From an uncultured Spirochaetota bacterium (GTDB lineage: Bacteria; Spirochaetota; Spirochaetia; SZUA-6; CAVTHK01): DNA of 64,000 nucleotides. Both the position numbers and the translations under genes were made by a program. Below are positions 32,708 to 42,614 of this stretch, piece after piece. The notes beneath the pieces are model-generated. The model did not search any database and was not told the origin of the DNA. It saw only the letters and a list, made by a program, of their open reading frames with translations. The first letter of the stretch is position 1. Every line of letters starts with the position of its first letter. Where the stretch lies: the NCBI GenBank assembly GCA_963734495.1, contig CAVTHK010000007.1, positions 288,001 through 352,000 of the forward strand. Direction: 5' to 3'.

Positions 32708-32889
32708 GGTAGTAGACTTCAGGTTGCGGTGACGGCTCTTTGACATAAGGCCCTCCTCGGGTGCCACGGGCAAAGGGGTGCTCCGACCGTCGCGGCCGGA
32801 GTCATCTCTGTGCCTGCAAGGGGTGGAGAGCGGGAACGGTCGGGGTCCGAAGGCGCGACGAGGGGCCCCGTCCTCCCCTGATGGCGCAG

Positions 32890-32911
32890 CGGGGCATAAG
32901 GATGTGCCCCG
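32890..32911 (+). promoter_or_regulatory. putative CsrA-binding hairpin in second flaB leader
   Basis: CGGGGCA-TAAGGATG-TGCCCCG, ANGGA in loop, upstream of SD CAAGGAGG. Confidence 0.7.
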
Positions 32912-32935
32912 AGAGACTTTCTCAAGGAGGGCCTG

Positions 32936-33775
32936 ATGATTATCAATCACAACTTGAGCTCCATGTACGCGAACCGGGTGCTCAAGTACCGTGAGGTGGG
33001 CCTGAACAAGGACATCGAGAAGCTGTCGAGCGGCATGCGGATCAACCGCGCCGGCGACGACGCCTCGGGCCTGGCGGTCTCCGAGAAGCTGCGGTCGCAG
33101 ATCCGGGGCCTCAACCAGGCGGAGCGGAACATCGGCAACGCGGTGTCCTTTATCCAGACCACCGAGGGCTACCTGCAGGAGAGCCAGGACATCCTTCACA
33201 GGGTCCGGGAGCTCGCGGTGCAGTCGGCCAACGGTATCTACACGCAGGAAGACCGGATGCAGATCCAGGTTGAGGTCTCGCAGCTGGTCGACGAAGTGAA
33301 CCGGATCGCCTCCCACGCGCAGTTCAATGGGATGAACCTGCTGACGGGCCTGTTCGCAAGAGCGGGCACGCTCGGCGGGGTGCAGTTCCAGGTGGGAGCC
33401 AACATGGACCAGAACGAGAAGGCGTTCATCGGAACGATGACCGCCCGTGCCCTCGGGCTCGAGGCTCCCGAGCCGATCGCGATCACGAGCCCCGATTCCG
33501 CGAACCGGGCCATAGGGACGGTCGACAAGGCGCTGCAGGTCGTATCGAAGCAGCGCGCGGACCTGGGTGCGTACCAGAACCGCTTCGAGATGGCTGCTCA
33601 GGGTGTTGCCGTGGCTGCGGAGAACCTGCAGGCCGCGGAGTCCCAGATCAGGGACACGGACATGGCCTCTCAGATGGTCGAGTTCGTGAAAGACAGCATC
33701 CTGATGCAGTCCGGAACGGCGATGCTGGCGCACTCCAACGTCAAGACGCAGTCCGTTCTGCAGTTGCTGGGGTAG
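32936..33775 (+). CDS. flaB: flagellar filament core protein FlaB (flagellin), second paralogue
   Basis: same flagellin N- and C-terminal motifs, shorter variable centre. Confidence 0.97.
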   Translation: MIINHNLSSMYANRVLKYREVGLNKDIEKLSSGMRINRAGDDASGLAVSEKLRSQIRGLNQAERNIGNAVSFIQTTEGYLQESQDILHRVRELAVQSANGIYTQEDRMQIQVEVSQLVDEVNRIASHAQFNGMNLLTGLFARAGTLGGVQFQVGANMDQNEKAFIGTMTARALGLEAPEPIAITSPDSANRAIGTVDKALQVVSKQRADLGAYQNRFEMAAQGVAVAAENLQAAESQIRDTDMASQMVEFVKDSILMQSGTAMLAHSNVKTQSVLQLLG

Positions 33776-33943
33776 AGCGGATCCGCAGTTCGGAATCCGT
33801 TCCCGGTAAAGAGGTCCCTGGACGTCACCTCTTTACGAAGCTCCCGAGCATAGGGGGGACAGCCCCCTGAGCGGAGGGGGCTGTGCGCCGAAGGCGAGAG
33901 GGAGGTCGCGCCCTTCCTCTTGTCACTTCCCTGGAGGAAAGCG

Positions 33944-34288
33944 ATGAGCATGCAGATACCCGCAAATCTCAGCCGCGGAGCTCCGGACCCGCGGATGTTC
34001 GAGGGCAGGCCGCCGAAGGCCGCGGTCGTGGAGAGGCCGCAGCGGGCCGAAAGCCGGCGGCAGTCCGAGCTCGACCTGAAGGCGGCCATGGAGGGCCTGG
34101 AGAAGCAGATCACCCGGTTCAACCGCCGGTTCGAGTTCAGGCTGGACCAGCAGATCAACCGGGTCGTCGTCAAGGTCATCGACAGGGACACCGATAAACT
34201 CATCAAGGAGATCCCGCCCGAGGAGATCCAGCATCTGATCGCCCGGCTGCGCGAGACGATGGGTCTCCTCGTCGACGAGAAGATCTAG
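33944..34288 (+). CDS. flaG: flagellar protein FlaG
   Basis: FEFRLDQQINRVVVKVIDRDTDKLIKEIPPEE...GLLVDEKI. Confidence 0.92.
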   Translation: MSMQIPANLSRGAPDPRMFEGRPPKAAVVERPQRAESRRQSELDLKAAMEGLEKQITRFNRRFEFRLDQQINRVVVKVIDRDTDKLIKEIPPEEIQHLIARLRETMGLLVDEKI

Positions 34289-34332
34289 TCCCGGGCGGCG
34301 GCCGCTGCGTCCTCTCCCGAACGGCACACGAC

Positions 34333-36354
34333 ATGTCGGATTTGTCCATACCAGGCGTCAAGAGCGGCATCGACACCAAGGCCATGGTGGACGCCGTCAT
34401 GGAGCCGGACCGTGCGCGCCTCAAGAGGCAGGAGCAGGACCTCCAGAAGATCCGGGATCAGAAGACGATCTGGCAGGACGTGCGCCAGCGCATGTCCCAG
34501 GTGGAGACGAGCGCGCGGGGTCTCTACAGCTTCCAGAACCCCTTCCGCGAGAAGACCGCGGCCTCCAGCGACGCGGCAGTCCTCACCGCGACGGCCACCC
34601 GCGACGCGGGCATCGAGAGCCACACGGTCCGCGTCGTCCAGACGGCGACGGCGGACCGATTCCAGTCCGACCCGCTCGATCGCGACTTCCGCGCGCCGGC
34701 GGGGACGTACCGTTTCCGCGTCGGCGAAGAGGAAGCGAAGGTAAGCTTTCGGGGAGGCAGCCTCGGGGAGTTGGTGGACGCCATCAACCGCGGGGCCGGC
34801 CGCCTTGTCGAGGCGCGGGTCGTGCGGGTGACCGACACTTCGCAGGTCCTCGTGATCGAGGCGAAGAAGACCGGCTCGGCGAACCCGCTTTCGCTGCTGG
34901 ACGCGGCAGCGGAGCTCGGCGTGAGGATCGGGGTGCTCACCCCTTCCGGCCGGCAGATCTCGACCCCTCCCCTCGCGCCCGAGAGCCTCGCCGCGCCGGT
35001 GAGCCCGGACAAGGTGTCGTTCAGCAACGGAACGCTCGACCTCAAGCCTGGCGGCGAGGCGACCCTGCCCTTCCCGGGCGGCCGGTCACTCGCCCCCGAG
35101 ATCCAGCTCGAGGTGCGCCTGCGCGTGATTGACCTGGCCGAGGAGGCCTTCAGGTCGCCCGCGCCTCCGCCGGGGCCGCAGGTGGCGAGCTCGGGCCGCG
35201 GCGAGTTCCAGGGCGCCACGGTCCCGAACGAGCCCTCCGAGCCGCTCGCGCCGCCGTGGAAGCCGCCGGAGCCGCCGCGCAGAGTCGATGACCTGCGGGT
35301 GATCAGCGCGCAGTCGGGCGGCCGCTCGATCGAGCTGCCGCCGCTCGAGGCGCGAGAGGGCGAGCAGACGTACCGCGTCGGCCTCGGCGCGCTGACGAAC
35401 AGCCTCGACGCGCTCGCGTTCAGCAACCGCAACACGAACCGCGAGATCCTCATCGAAGAGGTCCGTCTCGTGGACCCCACCGCGCGCGGTGAGTACAAGC
35501 CCAAGAACGCAGTCACGCAGGCGCGCGACGCCGTCGTCGAGATGGACGGCATCAGGATCACGCGCGGCGCCAACCAGATCGACGACCTCCTGCCGGGAGT
35601 GAGCCTGACGCTGCGGAGCGCCAGCGAGAAGCCGGTGACTCTCGACGTCAAGACCAACACCGAGGCGGTCAAGAACGCGGTCATCCAGTTCGTCGGCTAT
35701 TACAACCAGCTCCTCGGCCGCATCGACGTGCTCACGCGCAGCGACGACCAGGTGGTGGCCGACCTGTCCTACCTCAGCGACGAGGAGAAGAAGAAGGCGC
35801 GGGAGGAGCTCGGCGCGCTGCAGGGCGATCTGGCGCTCAACCAGATCAAGAACCGCCTGCGCGAGACGGTGGCTGCCCCCTACCCCACGAGCGCGGGCCG
35901 GGAGCTCACGCTCCTCGTCCAGATCGGCGTGGGGACCGACACCGGACGCCCGGGCGGCTCCGCCGGCGTCGACAAGTCGCGTCTCCGCGGCTACCTCGAG
36001 ATCGACGAGGCGAAGCTGGAAAAGGCCATCGACAGCAGGATCGACGCGGTTCGCGAGCTCTTCGGCAACGACACCGACGGCGACTTCGCCGTGAACACAG
36101 GCGTGGCCTTCGCGGTGGCCGAGAACATCAGGCCTTACACCCAGCCCGGCGGCGTCGTCGGGAACCGGATCGCGGCGGTCGACGACACCGCCGGCCGCCG
36201 CGAGCGCGACATCGCGACGCTCACGAGGCAGCTCGCGGACAAGGAGGCCCGCCTCAAGAGGGAGTACGCCACAATGGAAGGGGCGCTGGGCACGCTCAAC
36301 CGCAGCTCGCGCGCCCTGGAGAACTTCAACAACAACCAGGGCGGTCAGCGATAG
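34333..36354 (+). CDS. fliD: flagellar filament cap protein FliD
   Basis: IPGVKSGIDTKAMVDAVM N-terminus; GYLEIDEAKL; C-terminal LKREYATMEGALGTLN. Confidence 0.93.
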   Translation: MSDLSIPGVKSGIDTKAMVDAVMEPDRARLKRQEQDLQKIRDQKTIWQDVRQRMSQVETSARGLYSFQNPFREKTAASSDAAVLTATATRDAGIESHTVRVVQTATADRFQSDPLDRDFRAPAGTYRFRVGEEEAKVSFRGGSLGELVDAINRGAGRLVEARVVRVTDTSQVLVIEAKKTGSANPLSLLDAAAELGVRIGVLTPSGRQISTPPLAPESLAAPVSPDKVSFSNGTLDLKPGGEATLPFPGGRSLAPEIQLEVRLRVIDLAEEAFRSPAPPPGPQVASSGRGEFQGATVPNEPSEPLAPPWKPPEPPRRVDDLRVISAQSGGRSIELPPLEAREGEQTYRVGLGALTNSLDALAFSNRNTNREILIEEVRLVDPTARGEYKPKNAVTQARDAVVEMDGIRITRGANQIDDLLPGVSLTLRSASEKPVTLDVKTNTEAVKNAVIQFVGYYNQLLGRIDVLTRSDDQVVADLSYLSDEEKKKAREELGALQGDLALNQIKNRLRETVAAPYPTSAGRELTLLVQIGVGTDTGRPGGSAGVDKSRLRGYLEIDEAKLEKAIDSRIDAVRELFGNDTDGDFAVNTGVAFAVAENIRPYTQPGGVVGNRIAAVDDTAGRRERDIATLTRQLADKEARLKREYATMEGALGTLNRSSRALENFNNNQGGQR

Positions 36355-36362
36355 GAGCGGCG

Positions 36363-37271
36363 GTGCAAGTCGTCATCAACGGCGATCCGATCGACTACAC
36401 GCTCGAAGGCGAGCGGCTGCTCGGCGAGGTCGTCGGCGCCATCGAGAAATGGCTCAACAGCGCCGGGGCGGTGGTCACTTCCGTGCGCCTCGGTGAGCGC
36501 GAGCTCGCCTCCGCGCCCGAACCGGAATGGGCGCAAATGCCCGTCGAAGGCATCGCCCGGCTGGACATCACCGCCCGCTCGCTGGCGGAGCTCGAGCGCG
36601 AGCAGGTCGCGGTCGTCGGTTCGTACCTGGAGCAGCTGGAAGGCGGCATCGCCGGCACGCGCCCGCTGGCGGCGGAAGCGGTCGCCGACGTCGCGGCTCT
36701 CGCCGCGACCGCCCGCGGGAGGCTCGGCCTGTCCGGGGATTCCGAGCGGGCGCTCGGCGATCTGGAGCAGCTCCTGAGGGGGGCCACGCCCGAGTCGGTC
36801 CGGGCCTGGCCGGAGGGCATCCGCGCGCGGGCCCTGGGCGCGGTCGCGCTCCTCAGCGCGACGGTCCGCGCCCGATCCATCGAGATCGCGCACCCGGAGG
36901 AAGCGCTGCACGCGGCCGCCTCGGAGCTGGCCGGGAGCTCGCGCGACCTCGCCGAGGTCTCGCTTCTGCTGCAGACGGGCCAGGACGCGAAGGCGATGGC
37001 GCACATCGGTCGATTCACCGAGCTGCTGCAGTCCCTCCTGCGGATGGTGGGCCGCCTGGGCGGGGAAGCGCGCCGGGAGGCGCCGGGCGGCCCAACCGGC
37101 GCCGGGCTGAAAGAGGCCTTCGAGGATTTGAACGGAGTCCTGGCCCAGTCAGTCGAGGCCCTCGCCTCGCGCGACACCGTCCTTCTGGGCGACCTGCTCG
37201 AATACGAGGTGGCACCCCGCCTGGCGACCCTCTCAGGGCTCCTCGCGAAGACCGAGGCAAAGCCGCTATGA
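36363..37271 (+). CDS. hypothetical protein
   Basis: 302 aa ORF with SD after fliD; C-terminal DTVLLGDLLEYEVAPRL. Confidence 0.75.
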   Translation: MQVVINGDPIDYTLEGERLLGEVVGAIEKWLNSAGAVVTSVRLGERELASAPEPEWAQMPVEGIARLDITARSLAELEREQVAVVGSYLEQLEGGIAGTRPLAAEAVADVAALAATARGRLGLSGDSERALGDLEQLLRGATPESVRAWPEGIRARALGAVALLSATVRARSIEIAHPEEALHAAASELAGSSRDLAEVSLLLQTGQDAKAMAHIGRFTELLQSLLRMVGRLGGEARREAPGGPTGAGLKEAFEDLNGVLAQSVEALASRDTVLLGDLLEYEVAPRLATLSGLLAKTEAKPL

Positions 37272-38413
37272 TCTTGAGCCCGGCCACCATGCTCCTGCAG
37301 ACCACGTTCATCAAGCAGCAGGACACGAGCGCGGTCATCGTGGTGGTCGCGATCATCCTGGGCCTGGCCCTCGCCCTGATCATTGCCGGCGCCCTGGCGG
37401 GGAGCGGCCGGCAGCGCGCCTCGCGGCGCTCCGCACGCTACAGCCGCAACGCGTTCCGCCGCACGGCGGCGGCGCACGGGCTCTCGCGGATGCACATCGA
37501 GGCGCTCGAGGACCTGGTTGCCGCGACGCGCATCGGGCAGCCCATGCTGCTCTTCACGAGCCAGAGCCTCCTCGACGAGACGCTGCGAAAGGGGATCTAC
37601 TCGATCACCGCCAACCAGGAGCTCGCCGAGGAAGAGCGCCAGGCCAGGCTCGCCCGTCTGCTTCAGATCAAGCAGCTCGTCGAGAAGAACTCCCGGCGCG
37701 AGAGCGGCGCGGCATCGACGGCCACGCTGCGGCCGGGGCAGGACCTGGGGGTGACGTTCCCCGACGGGAGCGGCATCCAGACCAGGGTGACGCACAACCT
37801 CCGCAGGATGCTGGCCTGCGAGATCCCCGAAGGCTTCGACCGCAACAAGTGGCGGAAGGGCACGCCGGTGCGGGCGATGCTCTGGCGCCACGGGGACTCG
37901 GGCTACGCGTTCCAGACCAAGATCCTGGCCTTCGACAACATCGGCGGGCGGCCCGTGTTCCTCCTGCAGCACACGAAGACCATGCGGCGGAGCCAGCGCC
38001 GCGCCAACAGGCGCAGGGACATCGGCCGCAACTGCTTCTTCTACCCGGTGACGATCCTCGAGACGGGCCACGGGCGGCTTGCGCGCCGCGAGGCCGTGGT
38101 CCAGCAGAGCTTCCGCCACCTCGGCGTGCTGCAGGACGTCTCGGCCGGCGGCTGCGCGATCGTCACCCAGGGGCCCCTCGCGCGCGGCAAGCTCCTGCGC
38201 GTGGACTTCGAGCTCGGCGCCCACCACCGCATCGTCGCGTACGGGAAGGTCCAGCGCGTCGGCGGCGGCGGCGACGGCCGCCGCAACACGATGCACATCA
38301 TGTTCACGCGCGTGTCGAGCCGCCACATGAACGAGATCCTGGCGTACGTCTACGATTTCGACGCGGCGACGATGGGCCAGCGGAGCGTCGGCGGACAACC
38401 GAGGTCCCGTTGA
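37268..38413 (+). CDS. membrane-anchored PilZ-domain (flagellar brake-like) protein
   Basis: N-terminal TM segment; RxxxR in QRRANRRR and DxSxGG in DVSAGG. Confidence 0.85.
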   Translation: MILSPATMLLQTTFIKQQDTSAVIVVVAIILGLALALIIAGALAGSGRQRASRRSARYSRNAFRRTAAAHGLSRMHIEALEDLVAATRIGQPMLLFTSQSLLDETLRKGIYSITANQELAEEERQARLARLLQIKQLVEKNSRRESGAASTATLRPGQDLGVTFPDGSGIQTRVTHNLRRMLACEIPEGFDRNKWRKGTPVRAMLWRHGDSGYAFQTKILAFDNIGGRPVFLLQHTKTMRRSQRRANRRRDIGRNCFFYPVTILETGHGRLARREAVVQQSFRHLGVLQDVSAGGCAIVTQGPLARGKLLRVDFELGAHHRIVAYGKVQRVGGGGDGRRNTMHIMFTRVSSRHMNEILAYVYDFDAATMGQRSVGGQPRSR

Positions 38414-38438
38414 CCCGCGCGGGGGCGCACGATAGACT
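38410..38438 (+). promoter_or_regulatory. possible sigma70 promoter for tsaE
   Basis: TTGACC-N17-TAGACT just upstream of tsaE. Confidence 0.5.
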
Positions 38439-38450
38439 CCCCGCTCGTAC

Positions 38451-38870
38451 ATGACGCGCCTTGAGAGCACCTCCGCCGAGCAGACGGTCGAGATCGGAAG
38501 ACGCCTCGGCCGCGTGCTGCGCGCGGGAGCCGTCGTCTCGCTGGAGGGACCGCTCGGCGCCGGCAAAACGACGCTCGTCAAGGGGATCGCCCGCGCTCTC
38601 GGCGTCGAGGAGCCCGTGACGAGCCCGAGCTTCACCCTGATCTCGTCCTACCATGGGGCGACCGACCTTCACCATGTCGATCTCTACAGGCTGGAGGCTC
38701 TCGCGGAGATCGAAGACCTGGGGCTCGAGGAGCTGATGGCCGGCGGGGGCGTCACCGTCATCGAGTGGGGCGAGAAGGCGGAGGCCCTGCTCCCCGCCGG
38801 CGCGATCCGCGTGCGCGTGGCGATCGACGGCGGCGCGCGCGCGGTGAGCATCGAGGGGGCGGCGCCGTGA
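38451..38870 (+). CDS. tsaE: tRNA threonylcarbamoyladenosine biosynthesis ATPase TsaE
   Basis: GPLGAGKTTL, VTSPSFTL, HVDLYRL, VIEW. Confidence 0.95.
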   Translation: MTRLESTSAEQTVEIGRRLGRVLRAGAVVSLEGPLGAGKTTLVKGIARALGVEEPVTSPSFTLISSYHGATDLHHVDLYRLEALAEIEDLGLEELMAGGGVTVIEWGEKAEALLPAGAIRVRVAIDGGARAVSIEGAAP

Positions 38871-39514
38871 ACGTCCTCGCGCTGGACACCGCGACCGAGG
38901 CGGCGGCGATGGGCTTGCGCGCCGGCGACCGCCTGTACGCGCGGGTTGCGCGCGAAGGGCTGCGCCACGCCCAGACGCTCGTGCCGCAGATCGAGCAGCT
39001 GCTCGCGCAGGCGTCGCTCGCGGCCGCGGCCCTGGACCTCGTCGTCGTGGGGGTCGGCCCGGGATCGTTCACGGGGCTGCGGATCGCGCTCGCGACAGCG
39101 AGGGGAGTGGCGCGGGGCGCCTCGTGCGCCCTGGTCGGGGTGGCCACCCTGGACGTCCTGGCCCGGCCGCTGCGGGCGTGGCCGGGCCTCGTCGTCCCGG
39201 TCATCGACGCGAAGAAGGACCGCGTCTACGCCGCGGCGTACCGCGGCGGCGAACGCGTGTCGGAGTTCCTCGACGTGGCGGCGGCCGATCTCGAGGCCGC
39301 GGTCGGCGGGGGGCCGGCGCTCCTCACCGGCCCGTTCGCGGCCGAAGCGGCGCGGCGCGCCGGCCTCGCGGCCTGGACGCTCGACCTTTCGCACGGGTTT
39401 CCCGACCCCGTCGCGCTGCTCGAGCTCGGCGAGGCCGCGGGCGCTCGCGGCGAAGGCGCGGACCCCGCGCCGGTCTACCTGAGGAAGAGCGAGGCGGAGT
39501 ACAAAATCAGATGA
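38867..39514 (+). CDS. tsaB: tRNA threonylcarbamoyladenosine biosynthesis protein TsaB
   Basis: VLALDTAT, GPGSFTGLRI, IDAKK, PVYLRKSEAE. Confidence 0.95.
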   Translation: MNVLALDTATEAAAMGLRAGDRLYARVAREGLRHAQTLVPQIEQLLAQASLAAAALDLVVVGVGPGSFTGLRIALATARGVARGASCALVGVATLDVLARPLRAWPGLVVPVIDAKKDRVYAAAYRGGERVSEFLDVAAADLEAAVGGGPALLTGPFAAEAARRAGLAAWTLDLSHGFPDPVALLELGEAAGARGEGADPAPVYLRKSEAEYKIR

Positions 39515-40620
39515 GCAACGGGAACGGCGGCGAGCCGGTCGGCGACCTCGAGCCGGCCGAGGACAGGCACGAGGGGGCTCCGGAGGCCGCACAGCCGGTC
39601 GAGGCGGCGGCGGCCGATCAGTACCGGGCGCTGCTGGAGCACCCGTCCGCGTCGACGTGGACTCGCTGCTACTGGGACAGCGCCGTGCCCGTCGTGCTCC
39701 TGAGCACCGGGCTCCGCATCATGTGGACCAACCGGTCGTTCCAGGTCGTCTTCGGCGACATGGGGGCCTACTACGGGCAAAGCGTCGGCCGTTTCTTCGA
39801 AGGCTCGTTCGACGACGCGCGGCGCGGCGAGCTGCTCTCCTCGGTGGCTTCGGCGGAGCGCTCCTACAGCTGGAGAGGGCTCGTGAGCCGCAAGAACAGG
39901 AGCGCCCTGAGCATCGTCGCGCACCTGCTGATCCTCCCCCTGTATCATTCGCCCCGGGACACGGGCGTGCCCATGGCCTACGTGATGCTCGTCGACGACA
40001 TCAGCGAGTACCACAAGCAGATGCTCCGCGACACGTTCAAGAGCCTGCTCGAGGCCTCCATGCTCAAGGACCAGGACACCGGGCACCACATCCAGCGGGT
40101 GAACGCCTACACGCGCGCGCTCTGCGGCCGGCTTCTCGGCCACCCCCTGTACCCGCAGATCGACCGGCAGTACATGGAGGACATCGCGTTTCTCGCGGCG
40201 ATGCACGACGTCGGCAAGATCGGCATCTCCGACAACATCCTCAACAAGACCGGTCCGCTCGACGATTGGGAGTGGGCGCTGATGAAGGAGCACACGATCA
40301 ACGGCGCGTTCCTTCTGTCGACCTACCCGAACCGCATGGCGCGCGACATCGCGCTCTTCCACCACGAGTGGTGGGACGGGTCGGGCTATCCGTACGGCCT
40401 CGGCTCGGACATGATCCCGCTCGCGGCGCGCCTGGTCGCCATCGCGGACGTCTACGACGCGCTTCGGATGCGGCGCAGCTACAAAGAAGCCCTCGACCAC
40501 GAGCACACCACGGCCATCATCGCCCAGAACGCGGGCAGCCACTTCGACCCGGCGCTCGTCACCCACTTCGATGCGGTCAACCGCGAGTTCCGCGAGATCT
40601 TCGTGAGCCTGAGAGACTGA
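39511..40620 (+). CDS. HD-GYP domain phosphodiesterase with PAS-like N-terminus
   Basis: MHDVGKIGI, HHEWWDGSGYPYGL, IADVYDAL. Confidence 0.9.
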   Translation: MSNGNGGEPVGDLEPAEDRHEGAPEAAQPVEAAAADQYRALLEHPSASTWTRCYWDSAVPVVLLSTGLRIMWTNRSFQVVFGDMGAYYGQSVGRFFEGSFDDARRGELLSSVASAERSYSWRGLVSRKNRSALSIVAHLLILPLYHSPRDTGVPMAYVMLVDDISEYHKQMLRDTFKSLLEASMLKDQDTGHHIQRVNAYTRALCGRLLGHPLYPQIDRQYMEDIAFLAAMHDVGKIGISDNILNKTGPLDDWEWALMKEHTINGAFLLSTYPNRMARDIALFHHEWWDGSGYPYGLGSDMIPLAARLVAIADVYDALRMRRSYKEALDHEHTTAIIAQNAGSHFDPALVTHFDAVNREFREIFVSLRD

Positions 40621-40641
40621 CAGGTCGAAGGCGGCCGCCGC

Positions 40642-40896
40642 CTACTTGTCGGCTGCCGGGGGCTTGCCGCCCTTGCGCAGGTACTCGTCCAGGGGCGGAA
40701 GGTCTCTCGGCGGGGCGCTGGCCGCGGCGACGTTCTCCTGCTGGATCGCGCGGTAGACTTCCTGCCGGTAGACCTTGACGTTCGAGGGCGCCTTGATCCC
40801 GATCTTGACCTGCTCCCCGCGGATGTCCACGATCGAGACCTCGATCTGGTCGCCGATCATGATGGATTCGTTGACCTTGCGCGCCAGGATCAGCAT
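40642..40896 (-). CDS. csrA: carbon storage regulator CsrA
   Basis: [20 protein letters not shown]...VKIGIKAP...VYRQEVY. Confidence 0.95.
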   Translation of the reverse strand: MLILARKVNESIMIGDQIEVSIVDIRGEQVKIGIKAPSNVKVYRQEVYRAIQQENVAAASAPPRDLPPLDEYLRKGGKPPAADK

Positions 40897-40901
40897 CGCC
40901 G

Positions 40902-41342
40902 TCAGCGCTCCACCGCCGACAGCTCCTTGATGATCGGGTGGCGGACCTTCCATCGAGGATCGAGGCTGATGCTCTGGCGGCCCACGCGGGTCGCCCTGTT
41001 GATCACGATCGGCCCCTGCAGGTTCGCCGTCATCTCGGCCGGGTCCTCCGGAATCGTGACGATGGCAAAGTCGAGCGCGTCCGCCGCCGACTGGATCCCG
41101 ATCTCCGCGAGCTCGCCCGGGTCCACTGCCAGCGCGTAGTCGGGGCGGAAGACGCGCGGGTCGATCAGCGGAAACGCGACCTCGGGCCGCTCGGTCGACT
41201 GCAGCCAGTAGAATGGCGGCTGGGCGGCGTCCAGCAGCACATAACTCCTGAGCGGTTCGAACCCGAGGATCCCGTAGGGGAAGAAGATCTTCTGCCGTTC
41301 GTCGACGTCGACCGCGCCGAACGGCTTGGTATTGACGGTCAT
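40902..41342 (-). CDS. fliW: flagellar assembly factor FliW
   Basis: [27 protein letters not shown]. Confidence 0.94.
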   Translation of the reverse strand: MTVNTKPFGAVDVDERQKIFFPYGILGFEPLRSYVLLDAAQPPFYWLQSTERPEVAFPLIDPRVFRPDYALAVDPGELAEIGIQSAADALDFAIVTIPEDPAEMTANLQGPIVINRATRVGRQSISLDPRWKVRHPIIKELSAVER

Positions 41343-41344
41343 GG

Positions 41345-42613
41345 CTACCTCAGGAAGTCCATCAGCGTCGGCCGCAGGATGCGCGCGGCGGTGCCGAGAG
41401 CCGCCTGGTGCGTGTAGTCGAGCATCTTGAGGTCCGTGATCGCGCGTGACAGGTCCAGGTCGGTCTCCTGGGAGAGCAGCCCGGTGACCTCCGGGATCTC
41501 GTACTGGAGCCTCCCCGAGATCATCCCCAACCGCTCATCCCTGGCCCCGAGGTCCGCCAGCGTCGCGGTCAGGCTCTCGATCGCCTGGTGGATGCCCTGC
41601 AGCGCCGAGCCGCCCACCTCGGCGGAGTCTCCCGCGAACAGGCGGTCGCGCAGGTGGATCACCATGTCGAAGACCGAGCCGCCGAAGGCACGCGCGGACG
41701 GCGCGAGGTTCGTGCCGGGGGCGCCGGGAGCACCGGGGGCGCCCGGCGTCCCGCCCCGCAGCAGCCCCAGGTCCTGCAGCACGGTGCCGCCGCCGAGGTC
41801 CTCGAGCCAGATCTGGTGCGGCCGCGTGCTCGCGATGACGAGCGAGTTCTGCACGGGGTCGAGCGATGCCCGCACGGGTGCCGCGGAGTCATTGATCTTG
41901 GCGATGATGGCGGCGGCGTTGTCGCCCACCGCGAGCTTGATCTCGACGCCGTCTATCCGGATGGAGGAGTCCTGCTGCACCCGGTACGTCGTGGCGTCCA
42001 CGGCCGCGTAGACCTGCTGGTTCTCCGCCCAGAACGCGACGTTGCCGGGCAGCGCGGCCTGCATAAAGGCGCCCTGGTCCACCTCGGCGGTGTTGACCCC
42101 GACGTTCCCGGTGTAGTCGACGGCCACGATCCTCTCCACGCCGCTGCCGGCCACGGGCCCGAGCCTGGTGCGGAACGCGTCCATGTTCACCTGGGTTCCG
42201 GCGAAGATGGTGTTGCCTTCCTCGGAGCGGGCGTTGCCGAGCTGGACCAGCTCCTTGAGGAGCTGGTCGACCTCCTCGCCCATCGAGGCGAGCTGCTCCC
42301 GGCTGTAGATCCCGTTGGCGCCCTGCACGGCGAGCTCGTTCGCGCGCTGCAGGATGTCGATCGCCTCGCGCGTGTAGCCCTCCGTGACCGCCAGGTTGCC
42401 CCGCACGATCTCGATGTTGCGGTCGAAGCGGCTCATGCGCCGCACGCCCGAGTCGAAGCGGACCGCGCGGCCGGCGCCGAGAGGATCGTCGCGCAGGCTC
42501 TTGATCCGCTGCTGGGACGCCATCTTTTCCTGCAGCTCGTTCATGTGGAACTCGCGCAGCCGCAGATGATACTGCATGTCGTCGCTGGGCATGGCCGAGC
42601 TGATGCGCCTCAT
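41345..42613 (-). CDS. flgL: flagellar hook-associated protein FlgL
   Basis: [19 protein letters not shown]-terminal [20 protein letters not shown]. Confidence 0.94.
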   Translation of the reverse strand: MRRISSAMPSDDMQYHLRLREFHMNELQEKMASQQRIKSLRDDPLGAGRAVRFDSGVRRMSRFDRNIEIVRGNLAVTEGYTREAIDILQRANELAVQGANGIYSREQLASMGEEVDQLLKELVQLGNARSEEGNTIFAGTQVNMDAFRTRLGPVAGSGVERIVAVDYTGNVGVNTAEVDQGAFMQAALPGNVAFWAENQQVYAAVDATTYRVQQDSSIRIDGVEIKLAVGDNAAAIIAKINDSAAPVRASLDPVQNSLVIASTRPHQIWLEDLGGGTVLQDLGLLRGGTPGAPGAPGAPGTNLAPSARAFGGSVFDMVIHLRDRLFAGDSAEVGGSALQGIHQAIESLTATLADLGARDERLGMISGRLQYEIPEVTGLLSQETDLDLSRAITDLKMLDYTHQAALGTAARILRPTLMDFLR

Positions 42614-42614
42614 G

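Noticed and set aside
32765-32835. c-di-GMP-I riboswitch suggested by GGGCAAA upstream of flaB
   Set aside because: The rest of the consensus (short GNRA-capped P2 followed by GACGCAAAGC) is absent; kept only as a generic structured leader.
41715-41748. 9-bp degenerate repeat encoding [11 protein letters not shown] in flgL
   Set aside because: In-frame low-complexity linker with no sign of phase variation.
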